A DNA stretch of 63,991 nt, counting the filler, from Streblomastix strix (lineage: Eukaryota), in NCBI GenBank assembly GCA_008636045.1. It is 3 parts of 3 records of this genome, joined end to end, with 100 filler letters (N's around TTAATTAATTAA, not from the genome) between each part and the next. Parts side by side here need not be neighbours in the genome. Positions count along the whole stretch, not along the records: positions 1 to 22,097 come from SNRW01000339.1; positions 22,198 to 44,254 come from SNRW01000340.1; 1 more part is not named here. One strand, given 5' to 3'. Shown here piece after piece: positions 12,521 to 25,800 of this stretch. Within the stretch, counting starts at the first letter, position 1, and each line of letters begins with the position of its first letter. A program made the position numbers and the translations under genes. The notes beneath the pieces were generated by a model. The model was given only the letters and a program-made list of their open reading frames with translations, was not told the origin of the DNA and ran no database searches.

Positions 12521-13669
12521 TCAAGATGAACAACATCCCGATTTCTACTATTCTAATAGAGGTTAAGGAGGTTCGGGAGCTCTAAAATAAATAAGGTTAA
12601 AATAAATAAATAAAAATAATAAAATATTTACAAGAAATACTGATTATGTTTCCGTTCAAGTGCAAGTGTTGCAACTGCTGTAAAAACTGAAGGAATATTT
12701 ATATAGAATATAATAAAAGAAAAGAGTAAATAATTATTCGTTATATTTTTAATATATCAAACTTTCATCTAAATTGAGATAAGTTTTAGCAGATGCGTCA
12801 AAATATCTATGTTACATAATAATTCAAGTTTAAATTGAATGTAAATATTTAATTAATAATATTTCTATCAAACTTATATGGATTCCCCATTCTCTCACAA
12901 TACTAAATTGCTTATTATTCATCAATCTACAAAAATAAATTGAAAAATAAAAATAAATTATGATAGCAATTCAATGATTAAATTGTATACCACTCGATTT
13001 TCAGGGGAAGTATCAACTTTATTTCCAATGATTATAAAAGGAAAAGATTCAACATCATCAATGTTGACTTATGAGAGAAAGAAATCTCTCCACATTGTTA
13101 CATTCAAGAAAGTTTCCATACTTGTTACATCAAAGACCTCAAATATTAGAAAACAAAGTTATATATGAATGCAAAATAAAATATCTTAAATAGCAAACAA
13201 CACAGCATATGTCAGCTCCGTGAAAATAAGAAGATCCCAAACTTCTGAAACGTTCTTATCCTGCAGTGTCCCATATCTTGGAAATTAAGATAAATTATTT
13301 AAGATATTATAAATAAATATTCTTGTACCTGAAGTACGACTACTACATCATCAATAATTATTTCTTGAACAAAAAAGTCTGTAAATATAATAAATATAAA
13401 TAATCAACTAAACAATCGATATTATGTTATTTTTCAAACCAGCTCCAATTGTAGCTTTATATCTGCGTTGGAATTTGTTTGAAATGAATCGTGTAAGGAT
13501 TGAAGTCTTACCAACCCTTTATAATAAATATATTATATTAAGAGTGAAGTATGCAAATATGAAGTAAACAGGAGACAAACGCCATATCACCTAGAAATAT
13601 ACATTTTACATAAACATGGTTTCCAGAATTCATATTAGAGCTCTCACTGATTTATAAGTCATCGGCCAT
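12521..13669 (-). CDS. Rab GTPase, Rab7-like, multi-intron
   Basis: GDMAVGKTS (P-loop), YKATIGADF (Rab7-type switch I), IWDTAG(TAA=Q)ERFRSLG, FPFIIIGNKVD, ASAK; C-terminal SGCCSS prenylation motif followed by TGA TGA. Confidence 0.9.
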
Positions 13670-13819
13670 GGCTAGAATCAATGGATCAGCTAAAAAAGAG
13701 AGTGAAGAAAATATGAGAAATATATTTATTTATTAAAAAATAGAATATAATTGAAAGATAAGAAAAATATATTAAAAGAGAAATGAAGATAATAAAATTG
13801 GTTTAAAATTTATGACGTG

Positions 13820-14450
13820 GTTCTAAAAATTATGCTAATATAATTTACAAATGTACATCAATGATATGATGTAGAAGTAAAATTAAATATTAATGAATAT
13901 CTTTGCAAAGCTCTGTATTTTGTAAAAAAGTATTGTCGAAAAAATACTCATTTACAGTAGTTGTAAATAATATGAAATTGTATATAAATATGAAATATAT
14001 GAATATATAATAATTAATGTGGATTTATGAAGATTAATATAATATCCTTAGTGAATTGTGCAAGTTTCAATTAAACTGGAAAATAGCTCGATAAATATAA
14101 AATAATATATTTTCATCGCAGAATAAATGATTAGAAAATATTAATGCGATAAATATTATTGTTGTGATTAACAAAATTAAATTTGGTAGGGTGAATAGAA
14201 AGTGCAACAAATTCAGATTTTGGCACGGCTGTAATTCGTGGTGTATTGTATAACATTATGTATACATACATTTTTCAAATATCACAAAAAATATATATCT
14301 CAATATATACACTCATTTAACATATATATATAAGCTAACAACGAAATGACGAAAAATTAAAGAAAAATGCTTATCTCACTTGAACTTTATATAATTTGTG
14401 TTATTAATTGAATTATTTTATTGTTCAGCAATTTTAAATTATTATTTTGT
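13820..14450 (-). repeat. Dispersed repeat family A, copy 2 (inverted; fills the Rab/THG1 divergent intergenic region)
   Basis: Reverse complement aligns by eye to ~8600-9230; boundaries approximate. Confidence 0.85.
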
Positions 14451-14523
14451 AAAAGTATTCTTTTTTATATTGTTTTAATAATTTTATTTATTTAATCAAT
14501 TTTTCTTTTATTTTGCAGAAATC

Positions 14524-16127
14524 ATGACTAATACAAAATTTGACTATGTAAAAAAATTCGAATTTGGTAAATATAATATTTTTTATTTATTTCTACTCAA
14601 AATTTATTGTATTTCATAGATGACACTATTCCTCCAGAATTTCATATTATTGTACGCGTAGATGGACATGGATTTACTAAGTTTGTACTATTGAAAGAAT
14701 ATTATTCTTGATTTTATTTATTATTATACATAATTGATTTCAGAATGTGTAATAAATTTCACTTTCAAAAACCAAACGACAATAGAGCGCTAGATTTAAT
14801 GAGTTATGCTGCTAGAGCTGTGATGAACTTCTTCTCAGACATTATTCTTGCATATGGTCAGAGTGATGAATACAGCTTCCTATTCCGCAAAGATGCTAAG
14901 TGTCTGTCTAGAAGAGCTACGTATGATACATTAATATATCTATCTCTTATATTCATTTGATAATTTAAGAAAAATATCCACATTAGTTGCATCATGTTTC
15001 TCATCGCATTATGTGATTGGATGGCCAATATTCTTTGGGTAAGAAATAAGTCTATAAGCTCCATTGTATTCATCAGATGACTTTGATTAATCTGACGTTT
15101 GTGTCCCATTCTTTGATGGGAGAACAGTTGCATATCCAAATCCATAAGTAGTGAGAGACTATTTCTCCTGGAGATACATGGACTGTCATATCAATAATCT
15201 GTATAACACTACATTCTGGAAGCTTGTTGAGATTGGTAAGGATAACACATTTGATAACAGAGATGCTGAATTGTTCTTGAATAAGAAGTTTCCTCCAATG
15301 AGTGATATGAATTAATTAACTGATGTTCTTCTCATTGAAGAAAAAGTAATTTAATAATCATTATAAACAAAATAAGATGACATTAAACTGGTTAATTAAT
15401 AGAAATAAAGCAGCAAACTAAGCAAAACTCTTACAATTGAGAAGATGAGAAATATTATAACTTCTCTTAAATTCACTGGAAATGATGAACAACCAAAAGA
15501 AGAATAGCGTAAAGTATTATCAGATTATTTATCCCTCAATTCTTCTGCTGCATTTAAGAATGAGACTCTACACAGGTTTGGAATCAATTATAATGATACA
15601 GATGAAAGACATAAGAAGGGAACAACTATTATCAGAATTATATAAGTAGGATTTATTGGATTAACTAATAATTTTAGTTGTTATGTTACTATTTTTTTTT
15701 TATTTGTATAAACATCAATTAAGAGAGAACCTGACATTGAGAAACATTCAACAGTATCTGATGAATAGTCAATTCAAAGTTCATCTTCAAAACAAAGTAA
15801 TTTAGACAAATAATCATCAAAATAGGAATTAAATTTGAATTCATCAATAATTGAAATCTATGTTGATATTCACAGTGATGATTTTTGGAATGGTTATCCT
15901 GAACTCCTTGGTATGCTTTATTTTATTTCTTTATATATAAATCTTTGATTTTCATTTCAGGACATTTTATAAACAGGGTTTTTGATCCATTCAATTCAAC
16001 TTCAAAAGATCACATTAATGATACACACACTTAACCGACAAACAAAAAAGGAAAAATGAAGAAAGAAGAATAATTGGATAAGGGTGAAATGTTATAAGAC
16101 CAGAAAGAAGATCTGAACGATAAATGA
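14524..16127 (+). CDS. THG1: tRNA(His) guanylyltransferase
   Basis: [13 protein letters not shown]...IVRVDGHGF...[11 protein letters not shown]...[10 protein letters not shown]...FDGR...[17 protein letters not shown]...FGINYN...KKGT; several GT-AG introns; TGA 16125. Confidence 0.92.
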
Positions 16128-16253
16128 ACTTAAAATTTTATATTGGAGTTAATAAATAAAGAAAATCATAATCTTACAATTATCTAAATGATTTAACTTC
16201 ATTATTTTTATTTTAGTAACCGATCGAGCGAAGTGAAAACAGTGGTATCCCCC

Positions 16254-16857
16254 TCATTTAGGAGCGTTCTGTGGTGCTCCTGCTCCACCACTAGCACCTG
16301 CACCACCCTGCTGACCATCTTTCTGCTTGTTCTGTTGGTCTTTATTAAAGTTTTTTCTGACAGGTGGTTCGCGATTTCTACGATCTTCACGTGAACGCAC
16401 ACGTACAGAGTGGGAATGAACTGCGCATGACACACAATATTACAGTTTCATATAAAGTTTTGGTATCGTGTAAGCTAAATTACAATAAATGCAAAAATAA
16501 ATAAATAAAATCATTGCATTTCCTAAGTTCAGGTATACTTTCAAATGCTGTTGCTTATTTTAAATCATTCAATGCTGCTGCTTCAACCTGAAAATAAATT
16601 AAATAAAAATATTTGTATATAATAAAGTATGAAAATCAAGCTAGAAGAAAATAATGTGATATTACCATATTTCGTATTACAAAACGTTTGATTGCTTTAT
16701 CCTGTTCAAGAACACATATAATACATCTAAATTAATAACACGGTTTCAAAAATTGGTAAACCTTCGGCGTGCAGCGGCCGCAGTTATCACATCGGACTGG
16801 ATTCACGTGCCCACGGTTGTTCTTAGACCGTCCTCCATTCCTTCGCTTGAACGGCAT
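16254..16857 (-). CDS. RPS26: 40S ribosomal protein S26 (eS26), 3 introns
   Basis: [39 protein letters not shown]...PKLYMKL(TAA=Q)[23 protein letters not shown] 16254. Confidence 0.95.
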
Positions 16858-18032
16858 TTTTCTATACAAAAATTCAGAAAATAAATGACAAACGCGCACA
16901 AAAAAAGCAAGCCTTCGATCTGCCCCGCACGCTGGAAATCAGAAAAAGTAACTCTTTCAATAGTGATAATTTATAACATTTAATTGTTTTGAATTGCACA
17001 TATAAAATTATGTTCACTTAAATAATATATATTTTTTTCAAAAAATTAAATTTATTTAAAAAATGAAGCTTTCTCAAAATAATTGTCAAATTCAGGCCTA
17101 CGATTAAGTGCGTCCAAATTTGTTTCTGAAACAGATATAAAACAATAATTAAAATAATATATCAATTATTCAAATTATTTAATAGTCGTTAAATCGTTCA
17201 AGCTAAGGAAAAAACAAAGTATATCTATTTAATAAATTATTTGCTGACCAAATATATATTATTCAGCAACATGCTGAAATATTAGCGTTAGACAAGTTCA
17301 TTAAATCGAAATTTAATTAATCCTTCATTATTTTTCCATAAGAGATGTTTTCTTCATATTTGATAATAATTATGTGAATATGAAGAGTGCCCCACATCAA
17401 AGAAATTAAATAATTAAAGAAAATAAATTTTATTATATAAATAATAATAATTATATAATGAAATTAAAAGTCTTCACTTCATTAATGTAAGACAGAATAT
17501 TCATACTGTTTAAATTAATGAATAACACGAATGATAGTAACTAATGTATTGGATTAGTGAAGTACATAAATGAAGTTCATTATTGCGTTGTATTCTCTGT
17601 ACGTATGGCATTTGTCATATTTACATAACTACATAGGAACGTTAACGGATTTGGTTAATACATTTGGTATATGGGAGTTTAAAATTGTTGGTGAAATCAT
17701 TAGAGAAATCATGAATAATTGAACATATTTAGAATGAATTGGTGTGAGAAATTGAAGATTTTCGTTAATGAATTAAAAGTGTTCATTGTGCCTATACCGT
17801 GAGGATATTTTATCCCATACATAAAATTAGCTGCAAATATGTCAATGTAACAATAATTGACGTAATTAACACGAGAAGTTGATGTCGATAATGAATTTCT
17901 TAAAAATGTTCAAGGTACCCATACTCTGGTGGTTATTTATCTTTTTATAGAAATTATCTGTCAATATGCCAATTGAAAGGAAATATTAATATTTTTCTCA
18001 TGACTGGAACCAAAAATTAAATCTGTGACGTT

Positions 18033-19993
18033 TCAAACGTTGAATGACTATGGCTTCTCTTCATCCATTATAAATTCAACATCATCATCTTAATCCATCT
18101 CATCTTTTAACAATTCGAACTAAGCATAATATTCTTGTTTTAATTCATAGTGCCATTTATGAATTAATTTTTTTCGTTTATTTTAATTTAATTTTCAGTT
18201 AGAATTGACTTTAATGCATCTATGTTCAAAAATCTTTCTTCATCAATGTTTTTGTGTTTATTAGCTATTCCAAGCATTAAATTTTCAAAGACAAAATTAA
18301 ATTAGCTTGTAAATTCACTATTATCTATATATTTTTAATTGAATAACCAGCCAATAATTCACATAAAACATCCATGAATCTATTTTTACCTATACCTTGA
18401 CTGCCTTATAGTATCAATGCCAGCTCTGATTTAACATCTGCATTTTATGTAACAAATGCAATCCAATTTAAGACATATTTACATAAATTTTCATCTTTAG
18501 CTGCTATTGTTTCATATATTAATTCAAAATAATCATTAATTTGATCTTCATTAATAGAGGATAATTATTAATATTTATTGCCTTAAAATTTACTGAAAAC
18601 CTCTTATTCATTACTCATAAATTTTATTGATCTCAGTTCAAATAAAGGATTATATTTTTCTAGAACATGTTTTAATGTTATTTTCTTTTATCCATCTTCT
18701 AATAATCTAACCATTTATAACTAATCATAGGCAGCTGTTTTATTTATGTATTAAATTTTATTCTTTTTATTTACTGCAACGTATTATATAACTATAAATA
18801 CTTTACCTCCATCAACATGGAGCATAACGTAATATTCTAGATAAGTCCTGAGCTATTGATTCATATCTATTATATTTATAGATACCATTTTACAACTTTT
18901 TTTTATATATCGAGTAATGTGAAACTATATTTTAAAACAATTTTTTATATTTTAATTTAATTTTTTTTCTTTTTTCGTTCACTAACATAGGCATTACATA
19001 TTCTTAGTAATATTTTGTTTTATATTTTTTAATAATTTTTAAAGAGCAACTGGATGTGACTATTTTTATTCAAATCTTTTTTTAGCTATATCAAATAATT
19101 ATTTTGTTCTTAATGTCAAATTATTATCATTTTTAATATTTTAATATATCTCTTCAATAGATTAATTATCAATACCTTCAGCATTAGTTATACTATTAAT
19201 TGCCACAAATAATGGAGGTAATATTATTTCACCATTTAAATTATGACCCTATGAGTCGTTATGTATTTCAAGACCATTAATTTCTTAACATAACATAATC
19301 ACAAAATCATTTTTCATATCGATTAAACCTGTTGGTTGTAGTAGTGATTTATCTTATTCATTATGTTTCTCCTTTTAATTGGGAATGACTTATTAATTAA
19401 CTTCTAAATCTATTCCAAATATGTTTAAAATTTGTCCAAAATTACATGAATTTGTTTTACTTAAATAATGATTTATTGCTTCATTTTATTATAAAACTTA
19501 AATTTCTCCAATTTATTCGTTCTAATCATCCATTTGTTTAGTTAATTTAACTCTATCACGTATTTTTGAACCACATTACATAATCTATCTTTGTTTATCA
19601 TCTACATATGCAAATATATCCATGTTAAAATTATCACATTTATAAACTAATATATTTGATGTTCTCCATAATACAAATCCGTTGATATCACAATAGATAC
19701 GTAATCTTCCATGTGCTGTTCTAATCAATCCCACTTTTTAAGGCATTTTTTCTACAATAGTTTCTTGAATTTATTTTTTAAATTAATTTATCTAAATTTA
19801 TATTTATTTCAATATCAACAACAGCAAGATTTTAACATTTTGATATATCGATTGCTCTACCTGAACATGATTTACTAGTTTTATCAATGATTGGAAATTT
19901 ATTATAATCATAAGTATTCACATACAAATTTTAGATGCGTTCTTGAATTGTTAATGATTGGCTACACTGTGCTTGATTGTCTATTGATTCCAT
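18033..19993 (-). pseudogene. Decayed primase-polymerase + superfamily-3 (D5/DUF5906-like) helicase of viral or Polinton/Maverick-like origin
   Basis: N-terminal SGRAIDIS...LAVVDIE...LIRTAHGRLRIY (prim-pol-like); C-terminal YVLNWIAFVTQN...LALILQGSQGIGKNRFMD (Walker A near 18385-18410)...DALKSILTEN.IKINEK; several frameshifts, no introns. Confidence 0.7.
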
Positions 19994-20504
19994 TTATATA
20001 TTGTTAAAAAGTTGAATTAATTAAAAACAAATTCTTTTATTATTAAAAATAAGATTAAAAATCTTAAAATTGAAATTTTTTCTTGCATATGTTTTATTTT
20101 TATAGTATCATTAACAATCTGGCCATTTGTACAGTTGGCTACAGCTTTTTATAGAAATTTTTGACTCAATCCTCCCAGTCCAGTCAAAAATCTTTCATTA
20201 AACAAACCAATTCTTTGTGCCAAAATCATATATTTATAAATTGCAAAATTGATATGCATGAACGGTTCAAGATATCAATTTAAACATTGTTTTTGTATTC
20301 TATATATCAACATTATATATAAACATCATTCCTAAAGTTAATGTAAACATTTATTCTTCAACTTAATTTTAAGCATTTTTTTTACAATCACTCTATATAT
20401 AAATTAAAATATAAAAAAAATAAAAAAATAACTTTAATTTTATGAAATTTTAAAATCATTTGATAATTAATTATATACACAATTCATATTCGCTTATTCC
20501 GAAA

Positions 20505-21060
20505 ATGACATTTTTAACTCAATCTGAAACAGTTGATTAGGCTCAATTATCGATTTTATTTTACGTGAATAATTAATTATTTTATTATGATTAAAATAAA
20601 GAATACTACCATTCTAGATGTGGAACCGTAATTTGAATTGGAAGTTATATCACAAATTGACCCATTTTGACAGCCATTTCAAATGTAAGTTATCAGATGT
20701 GAAACATCAATCTTGTAATCAAGGTGCAGAAGTTCAATATTTGAAGAAACATTAACTCCAGACCCTTCAGTGTGCTGTTGGCTATTGTATATCTTTAATG
20801 AAGATGAGTATTTGGTTAAAGAATCTGCGCATTTCGTATTTTCTGAAAATTAATTGATTCTTATAGTTGCTTACACTTCTGACGTCACTGAAAGTTAAGT
20901 TTAATTATGTGTAGAGGACGAAGGATGTTGTGGTAGGTTCTGTAGTGATTCTACTTAAACGTTAAATGAGATATTAATTGGGAACGTAAATATACTAAAG
21001 TTAGACGTCGAAAAAGTAAAATTATTAAGGGATAACTATAAAAAATGTTTATAAAAATGA
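20505..21060 (+). pseudogene. Degenerate intronless ORF of unknown function
   Basis: Coding-like composition (ILDVEPQFELEVISQIDPF*QPFQM...) with an internal TGA and a frame change; no recognised motif. Confidence 0.3.
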
Positions 21061-21452
21061 GAAAAATAACAAGTATTTTAGATTTAGGAGAGATAACAAG
21101 AAAAATTATTAGTGCAGAATCAAAAGGATTAATGATAGTATTTAATAAAAATTGAAACCGTTAATTAATTGGGCCATTTTCATGGCAGATGACCATTTTT
21201 TGTTCTATTTACTATTTATATATAGCACATATAATGCTGTTCCCTGATCTAGTTATTACTCTCAAATACTCGCACTAGGCAAAGATATTGAGTTTTTTAT
21301 TTTTTTCATTTATATTTATTATTTGAGATTGCTCATAGTTATCGCATAATAAAATTTATTAATTATTAATTAATAATACTATTTTATTTTATCAAATACC
21401 GATTTAATAAGTTTCGCACAAAATTTCCAAAAAATATCCCATATTCGTAAGC

Positions 21453-22097
21453 ATGATTTGTCGGAAACGGAGCAAAAATGATCTTGAGGACGAAATAGCT
21501 GCTGAAAATCAACAGCTCAGTAAGGATCTTGCAGAAAGTGAGGCACTGCGGTGATATTGTCTAGTGAACTTGAAAAAATTTTCTGAAGAATTGACTGATG
21601 AATGGCAACCTGCTGTACGAGTCATTCAGATTTCTTTGCAGACGCGCTTAGAGATTAAATAAAGGACATATTTAGATTTACCAAGAGCTCAATACAGAGT
21701 AGCAAAAAAACGATTATAGAAGGAAGATTTTGGGAGGACAGAGAGAAACACGTCAGTTCCAATCAATGGAGATACGTTAGATTGCCATCAATTGAAGATT
21801 ATTCATTCAATAATTGTTAATAACTCATATTAATCATCGGATGGACAAAATTCAGACGGTACGATTGAAATACAAATTTCTCTTAGATTGTTAAAATTAT
21901 TCGATGTCACTTTATAATTTAGGTGAAATTCTTCAGAAAAAAGGGATTACAGATTAAATGACAACAATTGAAGCTGCATATGCGAGTTTTTACAAAGGTT
22001 TTTGTTAATTTAAAGAAATTTTGATATTGTAAAAATTTTCCAATGACAATAAATGATGAAGAACTTTATCAAATTTTGCATTTAGGAATCACTTGTG
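21453..22097 (+). pseudogene. Degenerate ORF, possibly mobile-element derived, runs to the contig end
   Basis: GC-richer coding-like frame MICRKRSKNDLEDEIAAENQQLSKDLAESEALR*YCLV... with internal TGA; family not recognised. Confidence 0.3.
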
Positions 22098-22197
22098 NNN
22101 NNNNNNNNNNNNNNNNNNNNNNNNNNNNNNNNNNNNNNNNNTTAATTAATTAANNNNNNNNNNNNNNNNNNNNNNNNNNNNNNNNNNNNNNNNNNNN
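22098..22197. other. Artificial contig linker (N-run, TTAATTAATTAA at 22142-22153, N-run)
   Basis: Six-frame stop spacer embedded in Ns; the identical linker recurs at 44255-44354. Confidence 0.97.
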
Positions 22198-22311
22198 AAA
22201 GAGAAAGTGAGTGTGAGTCGTGAAGCTGTGGAGAAAGGAATGGACGAGATGATGCAGTGGATATTGGCTAAAACTGGGCTTCAAGGAAGCGGGGAGAAGG
22301 GGAAGAGTTGA
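22198..22311 (+). CDS. Possible 3' end of a gene truncated by the contig start
   Basis: KEKVSVSREAVEKGMDEMMQWILAKTGLQGSGEKGKS then TGA; GC-richer than the flanks. Confidence 0.3.
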   Translation, partial: KEKVSVSREAVEKGMDEMMQWILAKTGLQGSGEKGKS

Positions 22312-22813
22312 AAATAGAGATAGATTTGAAAATAAAGAATGTTTTATAAATGAAGACGGGATCAAGATTTAGTTGAAAAAGTTAGAATTGATAAATTAAA
22401 GCTTTTTTAAGTCATATTACAATATTATTCTGTAAAATGTAATGTTTATTCTTCAATTCACTAATTGCCATTTCAATTTTACTTTCTAATTTTTAAGTAT
22501 TAAAATAAAATCAAAGAATCAAATTAAAACTCTTAATGTTTTATTATTCAACTCATATTTTAAACCTATATTTAACACATTTCGCTATAAAAAGTTTAAT
22601 TTAATAAATATTGAACAAAGATGATATGTAAAGTTGAAGAAAGAACAAACAAGTTGCATTGATAATTATCAACAAAAATTTGAACGATTGTTAATATAAA
22701 CACATAAATTCAATCAACACATTTAGTAAAAACAATAAATGGTTTAAGTGTATAATTCAACAATATCAAAAATTATTTTCATCATCATTATTCAACACAA
22801 ATCTGTCAAAACC

Positions 22814-25800
22814 TCATTCGCTTTAACCTTATTTCTGTTTATGGACAAAAATTTCAATAAAACCAGTATCTCCATCATCATTTTTATCATCATCATCTTC
22901 TTAATGTTATTATTGTTTAATTTATATATTTCTATCTTATTCAATATTTTGTAAATTTATTGATTACTCGTTTTTATCTTTTTCTTTTGTTGTATTTGAT
23001 GGAGAATTTTAGACAGTTTTATATTAATTATTTTTTTTATTTTCAGATTTTTAATATTAAACCAAATCAATTTAATTTTATTACTATTGCTATTAAAATT
23101 ATTCAGATTATATTTATTTCAATTGCAGTTAAAGTTGCTTCTTTTGATATTAAGGCGAATCAAATAATGAATTTAATGAAGAAGAAGGTGATTGCTCAGA
23201 CGAAGACTCTGAAGTGTATGAAGATTATGACGATTCATCATCTATTTCGATTCGATTAGTGATATTTTCAACAGTAATACCCTGTTTTAGTATCTTAATT
23301 CCATGATCTTTTTATAAAGTTTTAGAATTAATATTTTTGTAAATATCATTGTTTGAGCTATCTGTCTATGATCCTATTTACGATTATTTATCCAAATTAT
23401 TTAATTAATTTTAATTTACATTTTCATTCTCAATATTTTAAATATCTTTTATTTTTAATTTCTTTTTTCTTTTTTTATCTTTATCCTTTTTTTCATATTT
23501 TTACTTCTCTTATTTCTTTTTTCTTTTCTTTTTCTGTTTACTGTTCAATTTTGATTCATTATTTGAAGTGATGCTTTAATTTTCAATATTTTCTTCGATT
23601 TCAGCTGGTGGAGGGGGAGCTTTAGGCCTTTCATTTTCAGATGAATGATCAGTTTTTTCAATATCAGATTCATAAAATTTATCATTTATATCATTGTAGA
23701 GCTTTTTATGTTCAATTGTTTTTTTTATTTTTAAATGGCGCATTTTCTTTTATTAAAAATATTCATTTACTTTAATTTATACATGCTCTTATTCCAATAA
23801 TTTTGAGATTTTAGTGCCGACAGACAAACGAGATTAGTCTGAATTTGATGTTATAGAAGCAGAAAAAGAAGATGTAGATGAGGAAGATTGAGAGGATGAT
23901 GATGAAGAAGAAGATGTAAAAGTGGATGACTAAGATAAAGACGATTCAGAACGTGGATGAGATTTTGAGTTTTAAGAGTCAGATGATTCTGTTCGTAATG
24001 AATGAAGAGATGAAGGTGATTACAATGAATTATTTTCTATATTTTTTAATTTATGTTTGTTATGGTGGATATGAGAGTAATGTTTATGTTTAATAGAACT
24101 ATTGAATGGAGATTTATCTTTCAATTTTGATTTGCGATGATGATGTCTGTGAAATGGAGAAAGCAAACCATTAACCTCATTTTATTAATATTTATTCTTT
24201 CTTCTCTTTTGCCTAGTACTATCTATTTCTTTCTACTTTTTCTTATTTAAAGCTTTTTTCTTTTTTCGTAGGTATTTTTTCTTTCTCCTTTCTTTAGAGT
24301 TACTATCACTCTATTCTTTTTCATCTTCTTTCTCATCCTCTTCATCATCAACATAAACTCTTCCATCAATATTCTTTCTTTTACTGTTTTTCTTTTTCTT
24401 TTCATTCTTATCTTTTTTCTTATTTTCCTTCTCATCTTCATCATTACCTTCTTTATCTTCTTCCTCAGAATCTTCTTCTTCCTCTTCTTCTTCATCATCT
24501 TCATCCTTACTAAGTTCTTATCTTTCTTCTTCACCATCTTAATCATCATCCTTCCCTTCTTCTTTGTCTTCTTCTCTTTCTCTTTCCATATCTTCTTCAC
24601 TAGCACTTAATTTCATATCTATTTTTCTCATTTTTATTTATTGTTTTAATTCTTTAATTAGTTTCGTTTTTCTTCGTTTTTCAAAGTAGGATGGAGAAGT
24701 TCCTATCCGAGAGAGAAGAGGGAGATCACTTTATGTAATTCGAGAAACTATTTAGGAAATAAGCGTTTTAGATTCAATTTAAGGTTATTAAACAGGTTAA
24801 TTCTCAGTTTTGATTTCAATATTTTATTCTTCCTAGCTTTCATCTTTCAGTACTTATGGAGCTATATCATTATCCTATTATTATTTTTCTTCATTATTTT
24901 ATTTTATTTTATCTTCTTATTCTTCATTAACATCATGTTTATCCTCTTCAATTTTGGTATCATTCATTTCAGCATTAATATTATCTATCATCTCATTTGA
25001 TTATATATTTTATTTTTCTTCCTCTATTTAAATAATTCTTTCTCTTTCTCTTTCTCTATCTCTTTCTCTTATTCTCCCTTCTCCAAGCTGCATTTCAATC
25101 ATCCACCATTGATCATTGTGATAGAAAGAATAGATGTATTAATGTCTTCTCCCCAAACGCCATACACTCATTTTAATGATATCAGAGAGACCCCATAGTT
25201 AAGTAGCTGTGTCATTTTGTTATAAAAGATAGAATGGAAATGAAAAAGTGGATTAATCAGACTATGAAGATTAATGAGGCGAATTTGACAGAGTAGGTTT
25301 CAGTAATGATTAGTTTGTTGACTAAGATTATAATACTTCTTAAGCAGCAATCAATGCATCCATACTGAAATCTTTTGCTTATTTATCTTCATTCTCTTAA
25401 ATTTACTTTAATTATTATCGCGAATGATCATCTAATTGTTAATCATCTAATTGAATTTAATTATCTATATTGATATTAAAATTGGTTTATAAATTTTATT
25501 GTGAGTTTGAAAAGGTTTATTAAGACTGCAATATTGATAATGGTTAATTATATTTTTAATCTTTATTCAGTTATTTATTTTTAATCTTATTATAAAAAAA
25601 TTAATTTGTGAATTGTATATTTCCTCTGATCTAATTCAAAATAGAACGGAATTTATTGTTAATTGTCATAATTATCTTTTTTCTTTCAAATGCATAATTT
25701 TCTTTTATTGGTAAATTTTAACTAGCTTCTTTTTAGTTATCTTCCTTTACTTATTCTTATTTGTGGCTTTCTTCTTTCAATTCTTTAATTTAATTTAATT

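Noticed and set aside
8600..14450. Inverted copies of repeat A as long TIRs of a composite transposon carrying MED18, NAXD and Rab
   Set aside because: The enclosed genes are ordinary housekeeping genes, there is no transposase or TSD, and the copies are diverged; dispersed repeats are the simpler reading
15169..15186. THG1 WRYMDCH instead of WRQADCH as a possible TAR-to-TAC code effect
   Set aside because: Tyr at this position also occurs in standard-code Thg1 proteins (budding yeast WRYVD, from recall), so it is not informative
22142..22153. Palindromic TTAATTAATTAA within N runs (also 44299-44310)
   Set aside because: Artificial six-frame stop linker joining contigs; gene adjacency across it has no biological meaning
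22768..22816. Apparent coding continuation GFDRFVLNNDDENNF after the terminal TGA of the giant frame
   Set aside because: Only ~15 codons before further TGAs; compatible with chance
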